Assembly: GCA_964016885.1 (NCBI GenBank)
Contig: OZ024744.1
Coordinates: 24,614,001-24,678,000 of the forward strand
DNA: 64,000 bases
Direction of reading: 5' to 3'
Source: Eledone cirrhosa
Taxonomy: Eukaryota
Made by a program: the position numbers and the translations under genes. Under the pieces are notes generated by a model that made no database searches, was not told the DNA's origin, and worked only from the letters and a program-made list of their open reading frames with translations. Positions 1-13,180 of this stretch are shown here, in pieces; position 1 is the stretch's first letter, and each line of letters opens with the position of its first letter.

Positions 1-176
1 TGTATCATATGTAAGGTAAACCCCCGGATAAACTGTAAAACTAGAAACGTAGTCTATAGAATAAGATGTACAGAGGGTACTTGCAGAAACATGACAGCAA
101 CATACATAGGTGAGAGAGCTCGTAGCATAGGTGAAAGGATTAACCAACACTGGGGGCAACTAAAAGGACGAAAAAA
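1..176 (+). pseudogene. Penelope-like element GIY-YIG endonuclease fragment (enters from the left edge, truncated by the satellite)
   Basis: Frame 1 from base 1 reads CIICKVNPRINCKTRNVVYRIRCTEGTCRNMTATYIGERARSIGERINQHWGQLKGRKN. This matches the PLE pattern CxxC...C.T.NVVY.I.C..C...YIGE..R....R..(E/Q)H. Confidence 0.85.
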
Positions 177-2579
177 TGGTGGTGCTGGTGGTTGTGGTGC
201 TGGTGGTTGTGGTGGTGGTTGTGGTGATGGTGTTGGTGGTGGTGGTGGTGGTTTTGTGATGGTGTTGGTTGTGGTGGTGGTGGTTTTGGTGATGGTGGTT
301 GTGGTGGTGGTGGTGTTGGTGGTGGTGTTGGTGGTGGTGGTGATGGTGGTTGTGGTGGTTGTGGTGATGGTGGTTGTGGTGGTGGTTGTGGTGATGGTGG
401 TGGTGGTGGTTGTGGTGAAGGTGTTGGTGGTGGTGGTGGTGGTGGTTGTGGTGATGGTGTTTCTGGTGGTGGTGGTGGTGGTTGTGTTATGGTGGTGGTG
501 GTGATGGTGGTGTTGTTGATGGTGTGTGGTTGTGGTGGCGGTGGTTGTGGTAGTGGTGGTGGTTGTGGTAGTGGTGGTGTTGATGGTGATAGTAGTTGTG
601 GTGGTGGTGGTTGTGGTAGTGATGGTGTTGATGTTGATAGTGGTTGTGGTGATGGTGGTAGTGGTGGTGATGTTGGTGGTGGTGGTTGTGGTGATGGCGG
701 TTGTGGTGATGGTGGTTGTGGTGATGGTGGTATTGGTGGTAATGGTGATGGTGGTGGTTGTGGTGATGGTGGTATGGTGATGGTGGTGGTGGTGGTGGTA
801 TTGGTGGTGGAGATTGTGGTGATGTTGGTTGTGGTGGTGGTGGTTGTGGTGATGGTGGTTGTGGTGATGGTGGTTGTGGTGATGATGGTTGTGCTGATGG
901 TGGTAATGGTGATGGTGGTGGTTGTGGTGATGGTGGTTGTGGTGATGGTGGTGGTGGTGGTGGTGGTGGTGGTGTTGGTGGTGGTGGTGGTGGTGTTGGT
1001 GTTGGTGGTGGTGGTGGTTGTGGTGATGGTGGTGGTGGTGGTGGTGGTGTTGGTGGTGGTGTTGGTGGTGGTGGTGATGGTGGTTGTGATGGTTGTGGTG
1101 ATGGTGGTTGTGGTGGTGGTTGTGGTGATGGTGGTGGAGGTGGTTGTGGTGAAGGTGGTGGTGGTGGTGGTGGTGGTGGTGGTGGTGGTGGTGGTGGTGG
1201 TTGTGGTGATGGTGTTTCTGGTGGTAGTGGTGGTGGTGGTTGTGTTTTGGTGGTGGTGTTGATGGTGGTGTTGTTGATGGTGGTGGTTGTGGTGGCGGTG
1301 GTTGTGGTAGTGGTGGTGGTTGTGGTAGTGGTGGTGTTGATGGTGATAGTGGTTGTGGTGGTGGTGGTTGTGGTGGTTGTGGTGATGGTGGTTGTGGTGA
1401 TGGTGGTGGTGGTGGTGGTGGTGGTGGTGGTGGTGGTGGTGGTTTTGGTGGTTTTGGTGGTGGTGGTGGTGGTGGTGGTGGTGGTGGTGGTGGTGGTGGT
1501 GGTGGTGGTGGTGGTGGTGGTGTTGGTGGTGGTGGTGGTTCGGGTGATGTTGGTTGTGGTGGTGGTGGTGTTGGTGGTGGTGGTGATGGTGGTGGTGGTA
1601 GCTGTGGTGATGGTGGTTGTAGTAATGGTGTATGAGGTGATTGTGGTGGTGGTTGTTGTGGTGATGCTGGTTGTGGTATTGGTGTTGTGGTGCTTGTGGT
1701 GATGGTGGTTGTGTTGGTGGTTGTGTTGGTGGTTGTGGTGATGGTGATTGTGGTGGTGGTGGTGGTTGTGATGGTGGTGGTGGTGGTGGTGGTTGTGGTG
1801 GTTGTGGTGGTGCTGGTTGTGGTGGTGGTGGTTGTGGTGATGTTGGTTGTGGTGGTGGTGGTGGTGATGGTGATTTTGGTGATGGTGGTTGTGGTGATGG
1901 TGGTGATGGTGGTGGTGGTGGTTTTGGTGATGGTGGGTGTTCTGATGGTGGTTGTGGTTATGGTGGTTGTGGTCGTGGTGGTTGTGGTCGTGATGGTTGT
2001 GGTGGTGGTGGTGATGGTGATGGTGGTGGTGGTGGTGATGGTGATTGTTGTGATGGTGGTTGTGGTGATGGTGGTTGTAGTGATGGTGGTTGTGGTGGTG
2101 GTGGTTGTGATGGTGGTGGTTGTGGTGGTGGTTGTGGTGATGGTGGTGGTGGTTGTGGTGATGGTGGGTCTGTTGGTGGTGGTGGTGGTGGTAGTGGTGG
2201 TGGTGGTGGTGGTGGTTGTAGTGATGGTAGTTGAGGTGGTGGTGGTTATGGTGATGGTCGTTGTGGAGGTGGTTGTGGTGGTGGTGCTGGTGGTGCTGGT
2301 GGTGGTGCTGGTGGTTGTGGTGCTGGTGGTTGTGGTGCTGGTGGTTGTGGTGGTGGTTGTGGTGATGGTGTTGGTGGTGGTGATGGTGGTGGTGGTGGTG
2401 GTGGTGATGGTGGTTGCGTTGATGGTGGTTGTGGTGATGCTGGTTGTGGTGATGGCTGTGTGATGGTGGTTGTGGTGACGGTAGTTGAGGTGGTGGTGGT
2501 TGTGGTGATGGTCGTTGTGGAGGTGGTTGTGTTGGTGGTGGTGGTGGTGGTGGTGAATGTGGGTGTGGTGATGTTGGTT

Positions 2580-5500
2580 GTGGTGATGGTGGTGGTGGTG
2601 ATGGTGGTTGTGGTGATGGTGGTTGTGGTGGCGGTGGTTGTGGTGATGCTTATTTGTGGTATTGCTGGTTGTGGTGATGGTAGTAATGGGTATGGTTGTT
2701 GTGGGGATGGTGGTTGTGGTGATGGTGGTTGTGGTGGTGATTGTGTTAATGGTGTTGCAGGTGTATGTGGTGGTGGTTGTGCTGATGGTGGTTGTGGTGG
2801 TGGTGGTTGTGGTGGTGGTGGTTGTGGTGATGTTGGTTGTGGTGGTGGTTGTTTACTGATGGTGGTGGTGGTGATGTTGGTTGTGGTCGTGGTGGTTGTG
2901 GTAAAGGTGGTTTTGGTGATGGTGGTTGTGGTGATGGTGGGGATGGTCGTTCTGGGGATGGTGGTTGTGGTGATGGTGGTTGTGGTGCTGATTGTGGTAA
3001 TGGTGTTGCAGGTGTATGTGGTGGTGGTGATGGTGGTTGTGGTGGTGGTCGTGGTCGTGGTGGCGGTGGTTGTGGTGGTGGTGGTGGTAGTTGTGCTGAT
3101 GATGGTTGCGGTGGTGGTGGTGGTTGTGGTGATGTTGGTTTTGGTGGTGGTTGTGGTGATGGTGGTGATGTTGGTTGTGGTCGTCGTGGTGGTGGTGATG
3201 GTGGTTTTAGTGATGGTGGATGTGGTGATGGTGGGGATGGTCGTTGTGGTGATGGTGGTTGTGCTGGTTGTGGTTGTGGTGATGCTGGTTGTGGTGTTGG
3301 TGGTAGTGGTGTTGGTGGTTGTGGTGGTGGTTGTGATGGTGGTTGTGGTGTTGGTGGTTGTGATGGTGGTTGTGGTGTTGGTGGTTGTGGTGATGGTGGG
3401 TGTGGTGGTGATGGTGGTTGTTGTGGTGGTGGTTGTGGTGATGGTGGTTGTGGTAGTGGTGGTAGTGGTGTTGGTGGAGGTGCTGGTGATGGTGGTTGTG
3501 GTGGTGGTTGTGGTGGTGGTGGTGATTGTGGTTGTCGTGGTGGTGGTATTGGTCATGACGTTTGTGGTGGTCGTGGTTGTTGTGATGTTGGTTGTGGTGG
3601 TGGTTGTGATTGTGATGGTGGTTGTGGTGAAGGTGGTTGTGGTAATGGTGTTATGGTGATGTTTGTGGTGATGGTGGTTGTGGTGATGGTCGTTATGGTG
3701 ATGATAGTTGTGGTGATGGTGGTTGTGCTGGTGGTGGTTGTGGTGATGGTGTTTTTGGTGATGGTTGTAGTGGTGGTGGTTGTGGTGATGGTTGTAATGG
3801 TGGTGGTTGTGGTGATGGTGGTAGTGGTGATAGTGATTGTGGTGATGGTAGTTGTGGTGATGGTGGTTCTGGTGCTGGTGGTTGTGGTGATAATGGTTGT
3901 GGTGATGGTTTTGATGATGGTGGTTGTGGTGATGGATGTGGTGATGGTGGTTGTTGTGATGGTTGTAGTGGTGGTGGTTGTGATGATGGTAGTTGTGGTC
4001 GTGTTGGTTGTGGTGATGTTGGTTGTTGTGATGGTTGTGGTGATGGTGGCTGTGGTGTTAGTGGTTGTGGTGATGGTGGTTGTGGTGCTGGTGGTTGTGG
4101 TGGTGGTGGTTGTGGAGCTGGTGGTTGTGGTGATTGTGGCTGTGGTGATGGTTTTGATGATGGTGTTTGTGGTGGTGGTTGTAGTGGTGGTGGCTGTAGT
4201 GGTGGTGGTTTTGGTGATGGTGATTCTGGTGATTGTTGTGGTGGTGGTTGTGGTGATGGTGGTTGTGTTGATGTTGGTTGTGGTGATGGTTGTGGTGATG
4301 TTGGTTGTGGTGATGGTAGTTGTGGCGGTGGTAGTTGTGGCGATGGTGGTTGTGGTGATGGTGGTTGTGGTGATGGTGGTTGTGGTGATGGGCTTGTGGT
4401 GATGGTTGTGGTGATGGTGGTTGTGGTGGTGGTGGTTGTGGTGATGGTGGATGTGGTGATGTTGATCGTGGTGTTGGTGGTGGTGGTGGTGATGGTGGTT
4501 GTGGTGATGGTGGTTGTGGTGATGGCGGTGATGGGTGTTGTGGTGATGGTGGTTGTGGTGATGTTTGTGGTGATCGTGGTTGTGTGATGGTGGTTGTGGT
4601 GGTGGTGATTGTGGTGATGGTTGTCGTGGTGGTGGTGGTTGTGGTGATGGTGGATGTGGTGATGTTGGTTGTGGTGGTGGTGGTGGTGGTGATGGTGGTG
4701 GTGGTGGTGGTGGTGGTGGTGGTGGTTGTGGTGATGGTAGTTGTTGTGATGATGGTTGTGGTGATGGTGGTTGTGGTGATGGTGGTGGTGGTGATGGTGG
4801 TTTTGGTGTTGGTGGTGGTGGTGATGGTGGTTGTGGTGGTTGTGGATGTGGTGTTGGTGGTGGTTAGGGTGATGGTTGAGGTGATGGGGTTATGGTGATG
4901 TGTGTGGTGATGGTTCGTGGTGGTTGTGGTTGGAATGATGGTGTTTTTGGTGATGGTGATTGTGGTGGTGGTGGTGGTAATTGTGGTTGTCGTGATGGTG
5001 GTATTGGTCATGACGTTTGTGGTGGTGGTGTTTGTTGTGATGTTGGTTGTGGTGGTGGTGGTTGTGGTTGTGATGGTGGTTGTGGTGAAGGTGGTTGTGG
5101 TAATGGGGTTATGGTGATGATTGTGGTGATGGTGGTTGTGGTGATGGTCGTTATGGTGATGGTAGTTGTGGTGATAGTGGTTGTGCTGGTGGTGGTTGTG
5201 GTGATGGTGTTTTTGGTGATGGTTGTAGTGGTGGTGGTTGTGGTGATGGTTGTAGTGGTGGTGGTTGTGGTGATGGTGGTTGTGGTGATAGGGATTGTGG
5301 TGATGGTAGTTGTGGTGATGGTGGTTCTGGTGCTGGTGGTTGTGGTGATGGTTTTGATGATGGTGGTTGTGGTGATGGATGTGGTGATGGTGGTTGTTGT
5401 GATGGTTGTAGTGGTGGTGGTTGTGATGATGGTAGTTGTGGTGGTGGTGTTTGTGGTGAAGGTGGTTGTGGTGATGGTGGTGATGGTGGTTGTGGTGATG

Positions 5501-8500
5501 GTGGTTGTGGTGATGATGGTTGTTGTGATAGTTGTGGTGATGTTGGCTGTGGTGTTGGTGGTTGTGGTGATGTTGGTTGTGGTGCTGGTGGTTGTGGTGG
5601 TGGTGGTGGTGATGATGGTGGTTGTAGTGATGGTGGTTGTGGTGATGGTTGTAGTGGTGGTGGTTTTGGTGATGGTTGTAGTGGTGGTGCTTATGGTGAT
5701 GGTGGTTGTGGTGATGGTGATTCTGGTGATTGTTGTGGTGTTGGTTGTGATGACGGTGGCTGTGGTGGTGGTGGTTGTGGTAATGGTTGTGTTGATGGTG
5801 GTTGTGGTGGTGGTGGTTGTGGTGATGGTGGCTATGGTGGTGGTGGTTGTGGTGATGGTTGTGTTGATGGTGGTTGTGGTGGTGGTGGTTGTGGTGATGA
5901 TGGTTGTGGTGGTGGTGGTGATGATGGTGGTGTGGTGAAGGTGGTTGTGGTAATGGGTTTATGGTGATGGTTGTTGTGATGGTCGTTGTGGTGGTGGTGG
6001 TGGTGGTGGTGATGGTGGTTTTGGTGATGTTGGTTGTGGTGATGGTTGTGGTGATGGTGGTGTGGTGATGTGGGTTGTGGTAGTGGTGGTGGTGGTGATG
6101 GTGGTGGTGGTGGTGGTGGTGGTGGTGGTGGTGGTGGTGGTGGTGGTTGAGGTGATGGTGGTTGTGGTCGTGGTGGTTGTGATGATGGTGGTTGTGGTGT
6201 TGGTGGTGTTGGTGGTGGTGGTGGTGATGGTGGTTGTGGTGATGGTGGTTGTGGTAATGGGTTTATGGTGGTGTTTGTGGTGATGGTTGTGGTGGTGGTG
6301 GTGGTGGTGGTGGTGGTGGTTGAGGTGATGGTGGTTGTGGTCGTGGTGGTTGTGATGATGGTGGTTGTGGTGTTGACTGTGGTGATGGTGGCGGTGGTGG
6401 TGGTGGTGGTGGTAGTGGGGGTGTTGGTGGTTGTGGTGATGGTGGTTGTGGCGATGGTGGTTGTGGTGATGGTGGTTGTGGTGGTGGTGGTTGTAGTGAT
6501 GGTGGTTGTGGTGATGGTGGTTGTGGTGATGGTGGTTGTGGTAATGGTGGTAATGGTGATGGTGGTTGTGGTGATGGTGTTTGTGGTGATGGTGGTTGTG
6601 GTGGTGGTTGTGGTGATGGTTATGTTGATGGTTGTTGTAGTGATGGTGGTTGTGGTGCTGGTGGTGGTGTTGGTGGTGATGGTGGTTGTGGTGGTGGTGG
6701 TGCTTGTGGTTGTGGTGATGGTGGTTGAGCTGATGGGGTTAGGGTGATGTGTGTGGTGATGGTGGTTGTGGTGGGGGTGGTTGTGATGATGGTGTTTTTG
6801 GTGATGGTGATTGTGGTGGTGCTGTTGGGAGTGGTGGTGATGGTGGTTGTCGTGATGGTGGTATTGGTCATGATGTTTGTGGTGGTGGTGGTTGTGGTGA
6901 TTATTGTTGTGGTGGTGGTGGTTGTGGTTGTGATGGTGTTGTGGTGAAGGTGGTTGTGGTAATGTAGTTATGTTGATGGTTGTGGTGATGGCTGTTGTGG
7001 TGATGGTCGTTATGGTGATGGTGTTTTTGTTGATGGTGGTTGTGGTGATAGTGATTGTGGTGATGGTGGTTGTGGTGATGGTTGAGGTGATGGGGTTATG
7101 GTGATGTGTGTGGTGATGGTGGTCGTGGTGGTTGTGGTTGGAATGATGGTGTTTTTGGTGATGGTGATTGTGGTGGTGGTGGTGGTGATTGTGGTTGTCG
7201 TGATGGTGGTATTGGTCATGACGTTTGTGGTGGTGGTGTTTGTTGTGATGTTGGTTGTGGTGGTGGTGGTTGTGGTTGTGATGGTGGTTGTGGTGAAGGT
7301 GGTTGTGGTAATGGGGTTATGGTGATGATTGTGGTGATGGTGGTGGTGGTGATGGTGGTTGTGGTGATGGTGGTTGTGGTGGCGGTGGTTGTGGTGATGC
7401 TTATTTGTGGTATTGCTGGTTGTGGTGATGGTAGTAATGGGTATGGTTGTTGTGGGGATGGTGGTTGTGGTGATGGTGGTTGTGGTGGTGATTGTGTTAA
7501 TGGTGTTGCAGGTGTATGTGGTGGTGGTTGTGCTGATGGTGGTTGTGGTGGTGGTGGTTGTGGTGGTGGTGGTTGTGGTGATGTTGGTTGTGGTGGTGGT
7601 TGTTTACTGATGGTGGTGGTGGTGATGTTGGTTGTGGTCGTGGTGGTTGTGGTAAAGGTGGTTTTGGTGATGGTGGTTGTGGTGATGGTGGGGATGGTCG
7701 TTCTGGGGATGGTGGTTGTGGTGATGGTGGTTGTGGTGCTGATTGTGGTAATGGTGTTGCAGGTGTATGTGGTGGTGGTGATGGTGGTTGTGGTGGTGGT
7801 CGTGGTCGTGGTGGCGGTGGTTGTGGTGGTGGTGGTGGTAGTTGTGCTGATGATGGTTGCGGTGGTGGTGGTGGTAGTGGTGATGTTGGTTTTGGTGGTG
7901 GTTGTGGTGATGGTGGTGATGTTGGTTGTGGTCGTCGTGGTGGTGGTGATGGTGGTTTTAGTGATGGTGGATGTGGTGATGGTGGGGATGGTCGTTGTGG
8001 TGATGGTGGTTGTGCTGGTTGTGGTTGTGGTGATGCTGGTTGTGGTGTTGGTGGTAGTGGTGTTGGTGGTTGTGGTGGTGGTTGTGATGGTGGTTGTGGT
8101 GTTGGTGGTTGTGATGGTGGTTGTGGTGTTGGTGGTTGTGGTGATGGTGGGTGTGGTGGTGATGGTGGTTGTTGTGGTGGTGGTTGTGGTGATGGTGGTT
8201 GTGGTAGTGGTGGTAGTGGTGTTGGTGGAGGTGCTGGTGATGGTGGTTGTGGTGGTGGTTGTGGTGGTGGTGGTGATTGTGGTTGTCGTGATGGTGGTAT
8301 TGGTCATGACGTTTGTGGTGGTCGTGGTTGTTGTGATGTTGGTTGTGGTGGTGGTTGTGGTTGTGATGGTGGTTGTGGTGAAGGTGGTTGTGGTAATGGT
8401 GTTATGGTGATGTTTGTGGTGATGGTGGTTGTGGTGATGGTCGTTATGGTGATGATAGTTGTGGTGATGATGGTTGTGCTGGTGGTGGTTGTGGTGATGG

Positions 8501-11500
8501 TGTTTTTGGTGATGGTTGTAGTGGTGGTGGTTGTGGTGATGGTTGTAATGGTGGTGGTTGTGGTGATGGTGGTAGTGGTGATAGTGATTGTGGTGATGGT
8601 AGTTGTGGTGATGGTGGTTCTGGTGCTGGTGGTTGTGGTGATAATGGTTGTGGTGATGGTTTTGATGATGGTGGTTGTGGTGATGGATGTGGTGATGGTG
8701 GTTGTTGTGATGGTTGTAGTGGTGGTGGTTGTGATGATGGTAGTTGTGGTCGTGTTGGTTGTGGTGATGTTGGTTGTTGTGATGGTTGTGGTGATGGTGG
8801 CTGTGGTGTTAGTGGTTGTGGTGATGGTGGTTGTGGTGCTGGTGGTTGTGGTGGTGGTGGTTGTGGTGCTGGTGGTTGTGGTGATTGTGGCTGTGGTGAT
8901 GGTTTTGATGATGGTGTTTGTGGTGGTGGTTGTAGTGGTGGTCGTTTTGGTGATGGTTGTAGTGGTGGTGGCTGTAGTGGTGGTGGTTTTGGTGATGGTG
9001 ATTCTGGTGATAGTTGTGGTGGTGGTTGTGGTGATGGTGGTTGTGTTGATGTTGGTTGTGGTGATGGTTGTGGTGATGTTGGTTGTGGTGATGGTAGTTG
9101 TGGCGGTGGTAGTTGTGGCGATGGTGGTTGTGGTGATGGTGGTTGTGGTGATGGTGGTTGTGGTGATGGGCTTGTGGTGATGGTTGTGGTGATGGTGGTT
9201 GTGGTGGTGGTGGTTGTGGTGATGGTGGATGTGGTGATGTTGATCGTGGTGTTGGTGGTGGTGGTGGTGATGGTGGTTGTGGTGATGGTGGTTGTGGTGA
9301 TGGCGGTGATGGGTGTTGTGGTGATGGTGGTTGTGGTGATGTTTGTGGTGATCGTGGTTGTGTGATGGTGGTTGTGGTGGTGGTGATTGTGGTGATGGTT
9401 GTCGTGGTGGTGGTGGTTGTGGTGATGGTGGATGTGGTGATGTTGGTTGTGGTGGTGGTGGTGGTGGTGATGGTGGTGGTGGTGGTGGTGGTGGTGGTGG
9501 TGGTGGTTGTGGTGATGGTAGTTGTTGTGATGATGGTTGTGGTGATGGTGGTTGTGGTGATGGTGGTGGTGGTGATGGTGGTTTTGGTGTTGGTGGTGGT
9601 GGTGATGGTGGTTGTGGTGGTTGTGGATGTGGTGTTGGTGGTGGTTAGGGTGATGGTTGAGGTGATGGGGTTATGGTGATGTGTGGGGTGATGGTGGTCG
9701 TGGTGGTTGTGGTTGGAATGATGGTGTTTTTGGTGATGGTGATTGTGGTGGTGGTGGTGGTGATTGTGGTTGTCGTGATGGTGGTATTGGTCATGACGTT
9801 TGTGGTGGTGGTGTTTGTTGTGATGTTGGTTGTGGTGGTGGTGGTTGTGGTTGTGATGGTGGTTGTGGTGAAGGTGGTTGTGGTAATGGGGTTATGGTGA
9901 TGATTGTGGTGATGGTGGTTGTGGTGATGGTCGTTATGGTGATGGTAGTTGTGGTGATAGTGGTTGTGCTGGTGGTGGTTGTGGTGATGGTGTTTTTGGT
10001 GATGGTTGTAGTGGTGGTGGTTGTGGTGATGGTTGTAGTGGTGGTGGTTGTGGTGATGGTGGTTGTGGTGATAGGGATTGTGGTGATGGTAGTTGTGGTG
10101 ATGGTGGTTCTGGTGCTGGTGGTTGTGGTGATGGTTTTGATGATGGTGGTTGTGGTGATGGATGTGGTGATGGTGGTTGTTGTGATGGTTGTAGTGGTGG
10201 TGGTTGTGGTGATGGTGGTGATGGTGGTTGTGGTGATGGTGGTTGTGGTAATGGGTTTATGGTGGTGTTTGTGGTGATGGTTGTGGTGGTGGTGGTGGTG
10301 GTGGTGGTGGTGGTTGAGGTGATGGTGGTTGTGGTCGTGGTGGTTGTGATGATGGTGGTTGTGGTGTTGGCTGTGGTGATGGTGGCGGTGGTGGTGGTGG
10401 TGGTGGTAGTGGTGGTGTTGGTGGTTGTGGTGATGGTGGTTGTGGCGATGGTGGTTGTGGTGATGGTGGTTGTGGTGGTGGTGGTTGTGGTGATGGTGGT
10501 TGTGGTGATGGTGGTTGTGGTGATGGTGGTTGTGGTAATGGTGGTAATGATGATGGTGGTTGTGGTGATGGTGTTTGTGGTGATGGTGGTTGTGGTGGTG
10601 GTTGTGGTGATGGTTATGTTGATGGTTGTTGTAGTGATGGTGGTTGTGGTGCTGGTGGTGGTGTTGGTGGTGATGGTGGTTGTGGTGGTGGTGGTGCTTG
10701 TGGTTGTGGTGATGGTGGTTGAGCTGATGGGGTTAGGGTGATGTGTGTGGTGATGGTGGTTGTGGTGGGGGTGGTTGTGATGATGGTGTTTTTGGTGATG
10801 GTGATTGTGGTGGTGCTGTTGGGAGTGGTGGTGATGGTGGTTGTCGTGATGGTGGTATTGGTCATGATGTTTGTGGTGGTGGTGGTTGTGGTGATTATTG
10901 TTGTGGTGGTGGTGGTTGTGGTTGTGATGGTGTTGTGGTGAAGGTGGTTGTGGTAATGTAGTTATGTTGATGGTTGTGGTGATGGCTGTTGTGGTGATGG
11001 TCGTTATGGTGATGGTGTTTTTGTTGATGGTGGTTGTGGTGATAGTGATTGTGGTGATGGTGGTTGTGGTGATGGTTGAGGTGATGGGGTTATGGTGATG
11101 TGTGTGGTGATGGTGGTCGTGGTGGTTGTGGTTGGAATGATGGTGTTTTTGGTGATGGTGATTGTGGTGGTGGTGGTGGTGATTGTGGTTGTCGTGATGG
11201 TGGTATTGGTCATGACGTTTGTGGTGGTGGTGTTTGTTGTGATGTTGGTTGTGGTGGTGGTGGTTGTGGTTGTGATGGTGGTTGTGGTGAAGGTGGTTGT
11301 GGTAATGGGGTTATGGTGATGATTGTGGTGATGGTGGTTGTGGTGATGGTCGTTATGGTGATGGTAGTTGTGGTGATAGTGGTTGTGCTGGTGGTGGTTG
11401 TGGTGATGGTGTTTTTGGTGATGGTTGTAGTGGTGGTGGTTGTGGTGATGGTTGTAGTGGTGGTGGTTGTGGTGATGGTGGTTGTGGTGATAAGGATTGT

Positions 11501-13180
11501 GGTGATGGTAGTTGTGGTGATGGTGGTTCTGGTGCTGGTGGTTGTGGTGATGGTTTTGATGATGGTGGTTGTGGTGATGGATGTGGTGATGGTGGTTGTT
11601 GTGATGGTTGTAGTGGTGGTGGTTGTGATGATGGTAGTTGTGGTGGTGGTGTTTGTGGTGAAGGTGGTTGTGGTGATGGTGGTGATGGTGGTTGTGGTGA
11701 TGGTGGTTGTGGTGATGTTGGTTGTTGTGATAGTTGTGGTGATGTTGGCTGTGGTGTTGGTGGTTGTGGTGATGTTGGTTGTGGTGCTGGTGGTTGTGGT
11801 GGTGGTGGTGGTGATGATGGTGGTTGTAGTGATGGTGGTTGTGGTGATGGTTGTAGTGGTGGTGGTTTTGGTGATGGTTGTAGTGGTGGTGCTTATGGTG
11901 ATGGTGGTAATGGTTGTGTTGATGGTGGTTGTGGTGGTGGTGGTTGTGGTGATGGTGGCTATGGTGGTGGTGGTTGTGGTGATGGTTGTGTTGATGGTGG
12001 TTGTGGTGGTGGTGGTTGTGGTGATGATGGTTGTGGTGGTGGTGGTGATGATGGTGGTTGTGGTGAAGGTGGTTGTGGTAATGGGTTTATGGTGATGGTT
12101 GTGGTGATGGTCGTTGTGGTGGTGGTGGTGGTGGTGGTGATGGTGGTTTTGGTGATGTTGGTTGTGGTGATGGTTGTGGTGATGGTGGTGTGGTGATGTG
12201 GGTTGTGGTAGTGGTGGTGGTGGTGATGGTGGTGGTGGTGGTGGTGGTGGTGGTGGTGGTGGTGTTGGTTGAGGTGATGGTGGATGTGGTCTTGGTGGTT
12301 GTGATGATGGTGGTTGTGGTGTTGGTGGTGTTGGTGTTGGTGGTGGTGGTGGTGGTGATGGTGGTTGTGGTGATGGTGGTTGTGGTAATGGGTTTATGGT
12401 GGTGTTTGTGGTGATGGTTGTGGTGGTGGTGGTGTTGGTGGTGGTGGTGGTGGTTGAGGTGATGGTGGATGTGGTCGTGGTGGTTGTGATGATGGTGGTT
12501 GTGGTGTTGGCTGTGGTGATGGTGGCGGTGGTGGTGGTGGTGGTGGTAGTGGTGGTGTTGGTGGTTGTGGTGATGGTGGTTGTGGCGATGGTGGTTGTGG
12601 TGATGGTGGTTGTGGTGGTGGTGGTTGTGGTGATGGTGGTTGTGCTGATGGTGGTTGTGGTGATGGTGGTTGTGGTAATGGTGGTAATGGTGATGGTGGT
12701 TGTGGTGATGGTGGTTGTGGTGGTGGTTGTGGTGATGGTTGTGTTGATGGTTGTTGTAGTGATGGTGGTTGTGGTGGTGGTGGTGGTGTTGGTGGTGATG
12801 GTGGTTGTGGTGGTGGTGGTTATGTTGATGGTTGTTGTAGTGATGGTGGTTGTGGTGGTGGTGGTGTTGTTGGTGGTGATGGTGGTTGTGGTGGTGGTGG
12901 TGCTTGTGGTTGTGGTGATGGTGGTTGAGCTGATGGGGTTAGGGTGATGTGTGTGGTGATGGTGGTTGTGGTGGGGCTGGTTGTGATGATGGTGTTTTTG
13001 GTGATGGTGATTGTGGTGGTGCTGTTGGGAGTGGTGGTGATGGTGGTTGTCGTGATGGTGGTATTGGTCATGATGTTTGTGGTGGTGGTGGTTGTGGTGA
13101 TTATTGTTGTGGTGGTGGTGGTTGTGGTTGTGATGGTGGTTGTGGTGAAGGTGGTTGTGGTAATGTGGTTATGTTGATGG
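2580..13180 (+). repeat. Satellite domain A higher-order duplications (offsets of ~1.4-4.8 kb)
   Basis: Rare marker words recur: GCTTATTTGTGG at 2648/7399; TTGGAATGATGG at ~4930/7138/9713/11132; GCTGTTGGGAGT at 6821/10815/13021. Near-identical ORF translations occur at the same offsets (2837/7588; 6265/10259). Confidence 0.9.
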
